A stretch of 35,181 bases of DNA from a virus (taxonomy: Duplodnaviria; Caudoviricetes): IMG/VR virus record IMGVR_UViG_3300005263_000008, positions 1 to 35,181 of that record; one strand, given 5' to 3'. Position numbers and translations under genes: made by a program. The notes below the pieces were generated by a model. That model ran no database searches, was not told where the DNA came from, and saw only the letters and a program-made list of their open reading frames with translations. This document shows positions 8,329-18,012 of the stretch, piece after piece. The stretch's first letter is position 1, and the number at the start of each line of letters is the position of its first letter.

Positions 8329-8621
8329 TGGACCTCTCCCAGGACCTCCGGGACGCGCTCGCCGAATTCGCCGAGCCCGTCACCCTCACGGGCGGCGCCG
8401 TGGTGATGGCCGCCCCCTCCGTCGCGTCCTCCCAGGACGCCTTGGGGGGGGAGACCATCGTCGCGGGGCGGACGCGGGTCCTCCGGTTCGTCACGGCGGA
8501 CATCCCTGACCTTGTGCCCGGGAACTCGCTCACCTGGGCCGGGAAGACCTGGCGCGTGATCAACATCCAGCTCGCGGCCATGGGGCAGCTCTCCCGCGTC
8601 TTCCTGGGGAGCTCCGCATGA
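8328..8621 (+). CDS. Head-tail joining protein (gpFII-like)
   Basis: 97 aa, beta-rich, FAEPVT..GNSLTWAGKTWRV pattern; neck position. Confidence 0.75.
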   Translation: MDLSQDLRDALAEFAEPVTLTGGAVVMAAPSVASSQDALGGETIVAGRTRVLRFVTADIPDLVPGNSLTWAGKTWRVINIQLAAMGQLSRVFLGSSA

Positions 8622-9037
8622 GCACCACGCAGAAGCTCCTCCGCGACGCCGTTGTCGCTTCCGTCCAGGCCGCACTCCCAGGGGTGAGCATTTTCCGCGC
8701 CCCTCGCCGCGAGCTGGCGGAGAGCGATCTTCCCGCTGTCTGCATCTTCGGCCAGCACGACCGGGCCCAGAACGCAGACGAGGACGACCACACGAAGGCC
8801 CACCAGCGCGTCTACACGCTCCGCGTCGAAATCCGCGCGAAGGGCCTCGTCGAGGACGACACGACGGACAGCCTGGCCGTCGCGGTTCGCCGCGCGGTCC
8901 TGACAGAGGACACCCTCGGCGGCCTGTGCGATCGGACGGTCTGGAGCGAACAGGTCTGGGACGGAGACGAGGGCGACCCCCCTCTCTCCGGAACGGCGCT
9001 CGACTTTTCCCACTTCTACCTCTGGAGGCCCGAATGA
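8618..9037 (+). CDS. Tail terminator (gpU-like)
   Basis: 139 aa, acidic, LPAVCIF and DTLGGL motifs; precedes the tail tube gene. Confidence 0.75.
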   Translation: MSTTQKLLRDAVVASVQAALPGVSIFRAPRRELAESDLPAVCIFGQHDRAQNADEDDHTKAHQRVYTLRVEIRAKGLVEDDTTDSLAVAVRRAVLTEDTLGGLCDRTVWSEQVWDGDEGDPPLSGTALDFSHFYLWRPE

Positions 9038-9219
9038 GCCCCAAGCCTGAGACGGCGAAGGTCGTCTCGAACGAAATGACCTGGATCGTCGCAGGCCTTC
9101 CGGAGCTCACCGCCGGGAAGGTCGTCGAGATCCCCTCCGACCGCCTGGCCGAGGTCCTGAAACTCCAGGGCGTCGTCCAGGTCACCACTCCCACCGCCAC
9201 CAACGCCCCGAAGGAGTAA
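9034..9219 (+). CDS. Small hypothetical tail-region protein (61 aa)
   Basis: ATGA overlap with the previous gene and GGAGG RBS; true start probably 9034 within the listed ORF 8926-9219. Confidence 0.7.
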   Translation: MSPKPETAKVVSNEMTWIVAGLPELTAGKVVEIPSDRLAEVLKLQGVVQVTTPTATNAPKE

Positions 9220-9222
9220 CCC

Positions 9223-9888
9223 ATGGCGCTCGCAACCTACAACTCCAACTTCCAGAAGGTCGGCACCGGCCAGCTCTACCTGTTCGCCGCCCCGTCGGTG
9301 GACCCCGGCTCCGCCACCTTCGCCTCCACGATCGACGGCTACTACGGCCTGTTCTACACCGACAGCGCCGGGAAGAAGACGCTCAAGGGCGGGATCCTGC
9401 CCTACGCGAACCTCACCGCCGCCGGCCTCACGATGAAGGTCAAGCCCGCCATCGTCGAGTTCGACTACAACAACGCCCCCAAGAGCAAGATGCTCGCGGG
9501 CATCGACGAAGCCTCGGTCGACTTCGAGTTCTTCGACGCGGACACCGCCCACCTGAAGGACATCTTCGGTATCGGCGCGGCCGACCTCCTCTCGATCTCC
9601 GCGGTCACCGGCAAGGCCGGTCGCAAGATCGCCGGCATCGGCGCCAACGCGAACTACAACAACGTCGTCGCCCTCTACCGCATGGCCTCGGTTCTGGTCC
9701 CCGGTGAGTTCGACCATTTCCTCTTCCCCCTGGCCTCCTTCAACCCCGAGATCGACGTCAAGCTCACGAAGAAGGACGCCTTCTCGGTCAAGGTCTCCCT
9801 GGGCCTCCGCCCGTCCCCGTTCGTCACGAACGCGGCCGGAAGCGGCGTGTTCATGGTGGCCGACACGGCTGACGCGGCCGGCCTGTAA
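9223..9888 (+). CDS. Major tail (tube) protein
   Basis: Strong AAGGAG RBS; 221 aa, beta-rich, VGTGQLY motif; lies before the chaperone and tape measure genes. Confidence 0.8.
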   Translation: MALATYNSNFQKVGTGQLYLFAAPSVDPGSATFASTIDGYYGLFYTDSAGKKTLKGGILPYANLTAAGLTMKVKPAIVEFDYNNAPKSKMLAGIDEASVDFEFFDADTAHLKDIFGIGAADLLSISAVTGKAGRKIAGIGANANYNNVVALYRMASVLVPGEFDHFLFPLASFNPEIDVKLTKKDAFSVKVSLGLRPSPFVTNAAGSGVFMVADTADAAGL

Positions 9889-10310
9889 TGCGCGCCGATC
9901 TACTCACCGTGCACATGGAACACGGCCTCCCTCTCCTGGCCGGTCTGGATCTGGGCGTCCTCATGGGCGCCCAGGACCGGCTGGGGAAGGGGGACCAGGC
10001 CGCCATCGCCGACGTCCTCGGCGCCCTCGGCAACGCCGGGAGCCTCCGGACCATCCGGAAGCTCTCCGCGGTCGTCAACGCCACCGCGGAGGAGCTGCTG
10101 GCCGCGGAGCTCGACCCCAAGAAGCTCGCCGCGATGGAGGGCGCCGCAGCCCTCCGGCCGTTCGGCGAGACCTTCCGGGATGCCCTGGGTTTTTTCTCAG
10201 CATGGGCGGCCTCTCTCGGATCGCTCCCCGGCTCTTCCGAGACCGAGGAGACGAAGGGGATGACGCCCGCCCCGGCCCTGGTGGGCGTTTCCCCCTCCGC
10301 CGGCTCCTAG
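9888..10310 (+). CDS. Tail assembly chaperone (gpG-like)
   Basis: Between tube and tape measure genes; contains an in-frame slippery site. Confidence 0.8.
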   Translation: MRADLLTVHMEHGLPLLAGLDLGVLMGAQDRLGKGDQAAIADVLGALGNAGSLRTIRKLSAVVNATAEELLAAELDPKKLAAMEGAAALRPFGETFRDALGFFSAWAASLGSLPGSSETEETKGMTPAPALVGVSPSAGS

Positions 10311-10501
10311 CGCCGCTGGCTGGCGGCTGGACTCAGGCCGCCATGTTGCCCGCCGACGTCGCGGTCTCCTGGACAGATCAGCACCTCCGGGAGAACGCAT
10401 GGAAGGCCCACCGGGACGCTCTCCAGGTTTGGGCCTCCCTTATGCCGGCCTTCGCCTACGGCGGCGAGCCCCCTGAACCACCCGAACCACCCGAGGACTG
10501 A
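9888..10501 (+). CDS. Tail assembly chaperone gpGT-like, -1 frameshift product
   Basis: G GGT TTT (10187-10193) and T TTT TTC (10190-10196) are in XXXYYYZ register; the -1 frame stays open to TGA at 10501, just before the tape measure ATG. Confidence 0.78.
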
Positions 10502-10505
10502 TCCC

Positions 10506-13500
10506 ATGGCGACGAACCAGGTCAAGGTCGAGATCACCGCCGAGACGAAGGCGCTCCTCGATGGCCTGGCTCAGGCAACCTCGGCAGTAAAGAACGCGAC
10601 GGGGCAGATCGAGGGCCACTTCGGGGCCCTCGCTTCTGTCATCGACAACCTCAAGGCCCCCATCGCTGCGATCGCCGCGGTCATGGGGGGAGGGAAGATC
10701 TTCGGTGACGCTGTCACCGAGACGGTCGCCCTCGCCAAGGAAACCGCCTCGCTCTCCCGCGCCCTGGGCACCACGGCCCGGGAGAGCGCGATCCTTTCGA
10801 CCGCCATCGGGGACGTCTACGGCAACGTCGACGAGTTCCTCGGCGGGGCCCAGAAGCTCGTGAAGACCCTCGTCGGGAACGAGGCAGCGATCAAGGGGAT
10901 GGGCGTCGCCACCCGGGACGCGAACGGGAACTTCCGGGCCATGCCCGACCTCCTGGCGGACATCAACGGCCGCCTCTCCCAGTTCAAGGAAGGCTCGGAC
11001 CGCGACGCTGCAGCCGCCACGGTCTTCGGCCGCGGCTGGCGCGAAATGCTGCGCTACATCCAGCTCACGCCGGAGGTCATGGACGAGGCCCGGCGCAAGG
11101 TCGACGAGCTCGGCCTCTCCCTGGGCCCTGAGCAGGCCGCCCGCGTGAAGGCCTACCGGGCAGCCATGAACGACGTCGGGGACTCCTTCCGGGCCCTCCA
11201 GGTCCGCGTAGGCGCCGAAGTGATGCCCGCCCTGACCTCGCTCGGCGAATGGTTCGTGAAGGTGGCCCCGGGCGCGATATCCGCGGTCGTGGGCCTCCTC
11301 CGGACGATGGCGGAGGTCCTGTCGATCAAGGTCGTCCAGATCGGCCTGGTCGTCGGGGCGCTCTACCTCATGCGGGGCGGCCTGGTCTCGCTCCTGGGTC
11401 CCATGAAGACCTTCGCCGACATGGTGAAGCTCCAGATCGCCCTGGGCGCGATGCAGGGCGTCACTGGCGTCCAGGCGCTCGGCGGGGCCCTCCTGTCCTT
11501 CGTGAACCCTGTTACCGCGACCATCGTGATCCTGGGAGGGGCGGCGATTGCGCTTGAGCGCTGGGCGACGGCTGGGGAACGGGCCCGGAAGTCCTTCCTC
11601 GATTCACTCCCCGCCCAGGTCCAGCAGGTTAAGACCGCCGAGTCCCTGGCGGCGAAGACGAAGGCCCTCGGCGAGGCCATGGACAAGGGGAACCTGTCCG
11701 AGGCCCAGAAGCGGACCACGCAGCGCCAGCTGGCCGACATCCAGAACGAGCTGATCGCCATGAGCCCGGCCTACGCCGAAGCGCTCAAGGGAGAGGCGAA
11801 GAACTACCGCGAGATCCTGGCCGCCATCGAGAAGGTCAACGCCGCGAAGAAGCAGGAGCTCCAGACCAAGCGGGACGCGATCGCCGCCGACCTGGCCGCG
11901 GGCGAGAAGGAGCTCTCCGGCTACCAGGCTAACCCGGTCACGACCCCGGTCGACGTCCGGACGGGCGCGGGCGCGGCGACGCAGTATCAGGCGAACCTCT
12001 CTCGGGCGACGGCGAACGTGACCGCGCTCCGCCAGGCCCTGGCCCAGGCCGACCTGGCGCTCTCGAAGCTGACCTCGAGCTCGTCGGCTGCGGCGCAGAC
12101 CTTCACGCCCAAGGACTCCGAGGGCCAGTTCTCGAAGCTCAAGGCAGATCTGGAAGCGGCGCGGTATGAGTTCGAGGCCACCACGGCGAAGGCGGGCCAG
12201 CTGGTCGAGTGGACGAAGACGATGGAGGTCGCCTGGCTCGAGGAGAACGTCGGACGCTACAACCTGAACGCGAAGGAGAAGGGCGCCGCCGACCGAATGG
12301 TCTTCGAGGCGAAGCGGGCGGTCTTGAAGGAGACCCACGAGGCCGAGATGGCCTCCTGGGAAGCCGCGACCGCCGACTACAAGCACGACGCCGAGAGCCG
12401 CCTCGCGATCGCCGAGTCGATCGCCTGGAAGGAGGCCCAGGTTCACGGCGAGGGCTCCGAGGCCGCGGCCAAGGCCCGAGGGAAGGTCGCGGTCGTCGAG
12501 GCCGAGATCGCGGACCAGCGCGCCAAGGTGGGCGACCTCCTGGTCGCGAAGAAGCAGGCCCAGGAGCTCGCCCTGGTGGACCTGGAGAAGGCTTCGATCG
12601 AATCCCGGCGCAGCCTCAACGAGATCAGCGGGGAGGAGGCGATCCGCGAGCTCCAGGCCCTCGAGGAGCGGAAGCTGGACATCGAGAAGGAGGGCCTTGA
12701 GGCTCGCCTGAAGAACGCCCGGCTCGAACCTGCGGCCCGCCAGGAGATCCAGAACCAGATCGACGCCATCGAGCTCCGGCGGACCGCCTCCCGGCAGAGC
12801 TCCGGGTCTGCGCTCAAGGCCGAGGGCCAGAAAACCAGCGTGGCGGGCGGGATGCAGGCCTACGTCAACGACGCGAGCCAGGCCCTGGCCCAGTGGGGGA
12901 CGACCGCCCGCGAGGTTCTGCAGGGCGTCGAGAACGCCTTCGCCCAGTCCTTCGCGAACATCTTCCGCCACGGGCAGACCGCCGGGCAGAAGGTCGACGC
13001 CATCTGGCAGGCCATCGCCGGGTCCGTCATGCAGGCGATCGGCCAGATCATCGCGAAGGAGCTCACCCTCTGGGGCGTCCAGAAGGCCATCGACACCTGG
13101 AAGGCTCTCTCGGCCACGAAGGACAAGGCCCGGGCTGGGGCGGAAGTCGCCGCGGCGGCTACGACCGCGACGGCCGTTGTCACCTCTGAGGCATCGAAGA
13201 CGACCGCCATGGAGATCGGCGCAGCTGCGGCCATGTCCTCGGCCGTGACCTACGTCGCCGCGGCGGTCCTCATGGCGACGGCAGCCCTCGACCTGGCCGT
13301 GGCCGAGACCTGGGCGGCCTACGCCTCGATCCCGTTCGTCGGGCCTGCCCTGGCGCTCGCCCAGACGGCCCTGATCTTCGGCGCCATGGAAGCGGCCATG
13401 GCCGCGAGCGAGGGGATCGGCGCCGCGATGGCCTTCGCGCAGGGCGGCATCGTCGACCGGCCGACCCTGGGGCTCCTGGGCGAGGCCGGCCAGCGTGAGC

Positions 13501-13790
13501 TGGTGGTCCCCGAAATGACCTTCCAGCGCTGGGCGACCAACCTCACCTCGAACATCCTCTCCGAGGAGCGGAAGACCCAGGAATACCGGGCCCAGGCTGC
13601 GAGCTACGCAGTCGGGGCCCAGGCGGGCGGTTCTGCCCCGGTCCACGTGGACCTCCGCGGCTCCACGATCCTCGACAGCTCCACGCGGGGCGTTCGTGGG
13701 CTGGGCCGCCTGGCGATGAACGGGATCCGGGAGGCCGCCCGGGAGACGGGCGTCGTCCTGCGGCCTGGAACGGTCCTGGGAGGGGTCTAG
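10506..13790 (+). CDS. Tail tape measure protein
   Basis: 1094 aa, Ala-rich and helical; GVATRDANGNFR repeat and C-terminal FAQGGIVDRPT..GEAG..ELVVP motif. Confidence 0.95.
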   Translation: MATNQVKVEITAETKALLDGLAQATSAVKNATGQIEGHFGALASVIDNLKAPIAAIAAVMGGGKIFGDAVTETVALAKETASLSRALGTTARESAILSTAIGDVYGNVDEFLGGAQKLVKTLVGNEAAIKGMGVATRDANGNFRAMPDLLADINGRLSQFKEGSDRDAAAATVFGRGWREMLRYIQLTPEVMDEARRKVDELGLSLGPEQAARVKAYRAAMNDVGDSFRALQVRVGAEVMPALTSLGEWFVKVAPGAISAVVGLLRTMAEVLSIKVVQIGLVVGALYLMRGGLVSLLGPMKTFADMVKLQIALGAMQGVTGVQALGGALLSFVNPVTATIVILGGAAIALERWATAGERARKSFLDSLPAQVQQVKTAESLAAKTKALGEAMDKGNLSEAQKRTTQRQLADIQNELIAMSPAYAEALKGEAKNYREILAAIEKVNAAKKQELQTKRDAIAADLAAGEKELSGYQANPVTTPVDVRTGAGAATQYQANLSRATANVTALRQALAQADLALSKLTSSSSAAAQTFTPKDSEGQFSKLKADLEAARYEFEATTAKAGQLVEWTKTMEVAWLEENVGRYNLNAKEKGAADRMVFEAKRAVLKETHEAEMASWEAATADYKHDAESRLAIAESIAWKEAQVHGEGSEAAAKARGKVAVVEAEIADQRAKVGDLLVAKKQAQELALVDLEKASIESRRSLNEISGEEAIRELQALEERKLDIEKEGLEARLKNARLEPAARQEIQNQIDAIELRRTASRQSSGSALKAEGQKTSVAGGMQAYVNDASQALAQWGTTAREVLQGVENAFAQSFANIFRHGQTAGQKVDAIWQAIAGSVMQAIGQIIAKELTLWGVQKAIDTWKALSATKDKARAGAEVAAAATTATAVVTSEASKTTAMEIGAAAAMSSAVTYVAAAVLMATAALDLAVAETWAAYASIPFVGPALALAQTALIFGAMEAAMAASEGIGAAMAFAQGGIVDRPTLGLLGEAGQRELVVPEMTFQRWATNLTSNILSEERKTQEYRAQAASYAVGAQAGGSAPVHVDLRGSTILDSSTRGVRGLGRLAMNGIREAARETGVVLRPGTVLGGV

Positions 13791-13791
13791 C

Positions 13792-16700
13792 GTGAGCACC
13801 TGGCACGTCCTCGCCATCGAGCGCCTCGGGGCGCCTGCACCCTCCTGGCCGTCGATCTTCGGCCCTGCGGAGGGCCCTGACCCCGTGGCCGCGAATGGGC
13901 TCCACACGCTCGACCTGACCCCGTTCCTCGCCCCTGTGGAGGAGCTCTCGACCCAGCTCGACGCCGACCTGGTCAAGGGGAGCACCTCCGAGCTACAGCT
14001 GGACCTGGTCGACGCCGACGCGAGCCTCTCGGCGGCCCTCGGGCCCAACGGGACCCTGGCGGCCGCGGGGCGCTACTTCGGGCCCTGGATCGAGGTCTGG
14101 GAGCGCTGGGGGGAGGACAGCTCGGCCCTGCGGTTCCGCGGCTACCTCGACGAGAGCTCCCTCCAGTGGAGCGAAGAAGAGGCTCTGACCCAGGCGACCG
14201 TGATCCACGCGAGCCAGCTCCTGCGGGAGCGCCTCGTGACGGACTTCGCGGAGCTCCTGCGGCCCTGGCCCAGCGTCCCGACGAATTCGAGCCAGTCCTT
14301 CAACCAGAGCACCGCGGACGACCTCCTGAGGGGCGCCGTGGGCTCCTACGTGCCCAGGGTCAACAAGAGCGCGATCGAGACGGCCCTCTGGGCCTCCGGC
14401 CAGCTCTCTTGGAAGGCTATGCCCCGTAGCCGGGAGACGTGGAAGACGATCGAGCGCCCGGACTTCTCCGACCCAACGAGGTATTTCGACTCTGAGTTCC
14501 AGCTCCCCGATGTCCCGGCTTCAACGCTGGTGATCGGGGGGACAAGCTACGCCGTGGCGAGGCTTGAATGGGATACAACGGTCTCCGCGGCGGCAGAGAT
14601 AGGCGACGTGCTGAACGGATCGAGGACCACCTACAACGTGGTCCGTGTCGTCCTGCAGGGGGCCCCTGACGTCTCCGCGGCGCTCCACGTGGGGGACACG
14701 GTCGTCTGGGGCGTCCCGGAGTCCCGGAGGACCCATTACGTGCTGGCAGGCGGGCCTGTGATTGTCCCGCCGGTCGATGGGAGCGACGGGGAGAAGTTCG
14801 TCAAGCTGACGACGGTGGAGCAGCTGGTCCCCGGCGACGTGCTGACCCTGGCCTTCGTGGACGCGACCAGCGGGGCCCCGCGGACCTTGACCGAGGACCT
14901 CCCGACGATCATCGACGTCGATGGGGAGACCGGGAAGGTCTACTTCGCCGAGCCACTCTCCAAGGGTTATTCCCATATCTCGAAGATCCGCAGGAACTCC
15001 CAGGACCCCGTCCTCTTCGATGGGCTGGCCTACGCGCAAGCTCTTACGGCGCCCTTCGGCCTGGACCTCTCGCAATTCCAGAGCGCCCCGACCGACGTCC
15101 CGGTCCTGACCTGGCTCCCCTACGACATGGCGACGCCTCCGCTTTACGGCGTTCACTGTATCCAGACGACCGCCCAGCGTGTGATCAGGGCAGGGCGCCG
15201 CGGCCCCGACAATGGGACCGGCGTCTTCCCTGTGGCCGGCGTCTGGGCGAGGAGCGTCGGGGAGACCTGGTCCTGGCTCGGCGCCGATACCGCCGACGCG
15301 ACCCACCGGGTCTTCGGGGACGTCAACCAGTGGCCGGATGGGACGAACGCCTACACCGCTCCTGTGATCTACATCGAGGGTGATCTCTCGGCCATGGCGG
15401 CCACCCCGCCGAACGGCTGGCGCCCGTGCTGGAGGACCTGGAAGAGCCTCTCGACGCTCACGCAGGACCCCGAGAGCAGCTGGGACGGGTCGGCCGTCGA
15501 CTGGGGTCCCGTGGCCGCCTCCGGGGACATTCCCGCGAAGCTCGTCGCGTTCGCGGCCAGCGCGCCCACGCCTGGGCGTTATGTCCGGCTGGCGGCCGGG
15601 GCATGGACATTCGAGGCGCACACCGGGAACGGAGTCCTCGGGGCTCCCGTAACGCCTACGATAACGGGTAGCCTGCCCACCGGTAACTGGATCGCCATGG
15701 GGCTCGGGATCTGGGGCTCGGCTGGGGACGACAAGGAAGCCGTTCTCGGCCTGGTGGTCACCGGAACCACGTTCCCCTTCGCGGCCGTTCGCGCGGTCAT
15801 GCTTTCCAGGGCCTCGGGTGGGAGCCTGACGCTCCTGCAGGACGCGGCGCTCTGGGCGACCGGAGGCGCGCCTGCGGGGCCCTGGGCCCTGGGCGGCGGC
15901 CTGGTGGTCCAGACCTACGCCCAGACCTTCGACGGGCTCACCTACCCGACGACCGTCCTTCACCGGCTCGACGGGGCCACGGTGAGTTCGGCCACCTTCC
16001 GGACCCTGGAGATCATCCCCCAGACCATCCAGCCCCTCCGCCAGATCCAGGTGGACGGGGAGCAGAAGATCGCCGGCTGGTATGCCCTGGCCCTGGAGAC
16101 CTTCGCCGATGACAACTACGCCCCGGCGCGGCGCCTTCGGTTCCTGCACCTCAACCGGGATCTAACCATCCTGAACGGGTCACCGGAAGCCGACCCGGCG
16201 AACCCGAACGACATCCTCTCCTGGTTCGTCCGCGGCGAGATCGTATCGAGCATCGTTCCGGATGGTTCGCTCCTGGCCTCCATGGTCCGCCTGGATCAGA
16301 CCTCGGACGACATGGTCGGGCTGTTCGGCGGGCGGCTCTTCCAGGTCGCCCGGTCCCTCCCGAAGACCGTCGAGCGCCTCGCCATCGGAGCCGAGATCCA
16401 GGCCGGCCAGTTCTCGATCGCCGGAAGCGGGGACGGGATCACCGTGGCGGACTACCTCGAGCAGCTGGCCGGCGCGCAGCTGGCGAGCGTGGTCCCCACC
16501 GCGGCCGGAGGGTTCCGCCTGGTCTCGCGCTCTGCGGGCGCCTTCCAGCTCCGGACCTTCGGGGCCGAGAGGGTGAGCGTCCGGGCGTCCGAGCGTGGGC
16601 CCAGGACGCAGAGCGAGGTCTGGGCCGGCTACATCCGGAAGGTCCGCGTCACCTACTCAGACCCCCTCGCTGGGAGCACCGCCACGATCGAGGTCATGAG

Positions 16701-17049
16701 CGGCCAGGCCGGAGGCAGGGTCCTCGAGGTGGATCACTCGACCGTCCTGACCTCTCCCACCATGGCCCGGGCCCTGGGCGTGGCCGCGGCCTTCTGGTTC
16801 GGGACCCCCGTCCAGAGCCTCCAGGAGACCTGGGTCGACCGCACCGGTGGTCTCTTCGCGGACCTTCCGCCGACCTGGTGGGCGGACTGGCAAGTCGGCG
16901 ACCTGGTCACCTTCGAGAGCTCGCCCTCCGGATCCCCGACCGACGTGACGGCCTGGAAGGTGATGGCGCTTAACCCAGGCCCTGAGACCCGCTCGGCACG
17001 TGTCGAGCTACGGAAGATGCCCAGCCTCATTTCCACGGGAGCCCCATGA
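13792..17049 (+). CDS. Large tail-tip (hub/central fibre-like) protein
   Basis: 1085 aa, beta-rich, directly after the tape measure gene; hub-like N- and C-termini (RFRGYLD; WQVGDLVTF..WKVMAL). Confidence 0.75.
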   Translation: MSTWHVLAIERLGAPAPSWPSIFGPAEGPDPVAANGLHTLDLTPFLAPVEELSTQLDADLVKGSTSELQLDLVDADASLSAALGPNGTLAAAGRYFGPWIEVWERWGEDSSALRFRGYLDESSLQWSEEEALTQATVIHASQLLRERLVTDFAELLRPWPSVPTNSSQSFNQSTADDLLRGAVGSYVPRVNKSAIETALWASGQLSWKAMPRSRETWKTIERPDFSDPTRYFDSEFQLPDVPASTLVIGGTSYAVARLEWDTTVSAAAEIGDVLNGSRTTYNVVRVVLQGAPDVSAALHVGDTVVWGVPESRRTHYVLAGGPVIVPPVDGSDGEKFVKLTTVEQLVPGDVLTLAFVDATSGAPRTLTEDLPTIIDVDGETGKVYFAEPLSKGYSHISKIRRNSQDPVLFDGLAYAQALTAPFGLDLSQFQSAPTDVPVLTWLPYDMATPPLYGVHCIQTTAQRVIRAGRRGPDNGTGVFPVAGVWARSVGETWSWLGADTADATHRVFGDVNQWPDGTNAYTAPVIYIEGDLSAMAATPPNGWRPCWRTWKSLSTLTQDPESSWDGSAVDWGPVAASGDIPAKLVAFAASAPTPGRYVRLAAGAWTFEAHTGNGVLGAPVTPTITGSLPTGNWIAMGLGIWGSAGDDKEAVLGLVVTGTTFPFAAVRAVMLSRASGGSLTLLQDAALWATGGAPAGPWALGGGLVVQTYAQTFDGLTYPTTVLHRLDGATVSSATFRTLEIIPQTIQPLRQIQVDGEQKIAGWYALALETFADDNYAPARRLRFLHLNRDLTILNGSPEADPANPNDILSWFVRGEIVSSIVPDGSLLASMVRLDQTSDDMVGLFGGRLFQVARSLPKTVERLAIGAEIQAGQFSIAGSGDGITVADYLEQLAGAQLASVVPTAAGGFRLVSRSAGAFQLRTFGAERVSVRASERGPRTQSEVWAGYIRKVRVTYSDPLAGSTATIEVMSGQAGGRVLEVDHSTVLTSPTMARALGVAAAFWFGTPVQSLQETWVDRTGGLFADLPPTWWADWQVGDLVTFESSPSGSPTDVTAWKVMALNPGPETRSARVELRKMPSLISTGAP

Positions 17050-17603
17050 GCCTCGTTATCTACGGATTGCAGGAAACCCAGATCATCCTCTACGAGGACG
17101 ACGGGATCACGCCGAAATATCGGATCACCCTACAGAAGGAGACGAAGGAAGGCCTCGAGCTCTCCTTCGCCGCCGAGGGCGTTTCCAGGGGGCTCGGAAG
17201 CGGGGCGAAGTGGGCCCGGTCCTGGTGCCAGCGCGGATGGCGGATGACGGTCTCCATCCGCTGGGACGCTGGGATCGAAAGCACCGCCGAGACCTGGGAC
17301 GGGTCGGCGTGGGTTGAGGCTCGCGCGGTCCCGACAGCCCAGGCCCTGAGTGTGATCCAGACCTGGGGGACCCGGACCCCCTGCAGAGTCTCGCCCCATA
17401 AGGACATGAACCTCGACTTCTTGGCTCAGCCGGACCCATCCAAACCCCTCCGCCTGCGGGACGTGAAGGGTGCAGCTCACACCGGCCTCGAGCTCGTGCT
17501 CGTCGCTTCGGACCTTCTGGGCAACATCCCCGACTGGGAAAACCTCAACAGTTACTTCTCCTCGGGCTACACCGAGGGCGTTTACGGAGCCTACACGCCA
17601 TGA
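17046..17603 (+). CDS. Minor tail protein (possibly Dit-like)
   Basis: 185 aa, ATGA-coupled on both sides, inside the tail cluster; function inferred from position only. Confidence 0.6.
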   Translation: MSLVIYGLQETQIILYEDDGITPKYRITLQKETKEGLELSFAAEGVSRGLGSGAKWARSWCQRGWRMTVSIRWDAGIESTAETWDGSAWVEARAVPTAQALSVIQTWGTRTPCRVSPHKDMNLDFLAQPDPSKPLRLRDVKGAAHTGLELVLVASDLLGNIPDWENLNSYFSSGYTEGVYGAYTP

Positions 17604-18004
17604 GCAGCCCCTTCGTCTTCATCGAGGCCCACCTGGGCCTTGTCTGCTGGTCCTTGGTGGGCCTGGTGCTCCTGGTGCTCTACCTGCGAGGGCAGGCCCA
17701 GGGCTTCTGGCCCTTCCTGCGCGACACCCTTTCAGAGTGGGACCTCACGGCCCAGCGGATGATCCCCAGCACCAAGCGGATGACCCTGCTACTGGCCCTC
17801 TGGGCCAGCCTTTGGGCCTTTACCAAGCTCACCCTGGCCGTATGCCGCTGGATCGACAAGGGCAACGACCCGACCGCCATCTACATCACCGTCGCGCTGG
17901 CCGTGCTGGGCCTCGCGGGCGGCACTTACTTGGGGGGCAAGTGGCTCGCCGGGAAGCTGCCACCGGGCCTAGGCCCCGACTCCACTGACACGCAGAGCAA
18001 ATAG
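17600..18004 (+). CDS. Three-TM membrane protein, holin candidate
   Basis: Three hydrophobic segments (LGLVCWSLVGLVLLVLYL; MTLLLALWASLWAF; IYITVALAVLGLAGG) and a polar C-terminal tail. Confidence 0.7.
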   Translation: MSSPFVFIEAHLGLVCWSLVGLVLLVLYLRGQAQGFWPFLRDTLSEWDLTAQRMIPSTKRMTLLLALWASLWAFTKLTLAVCRWIDKGNDPTAIYITVALAVLGLAGGTYLGGKWLAGKLPPGLGPDSTDTQSK

Positions 18005-18012
18005 GAGGCCCC

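Noticed and set aside
579-16149. Long antisense or alternate-frame ORFs (e.g. 579-1643, 812-2710, 4797-6368, 5926-7926, 11604-14048, 14521-16149)
   Set aside because: Shadow ORFs expected in very GC-rich coding DNA; they overlap well-supported genes and show no motifs.
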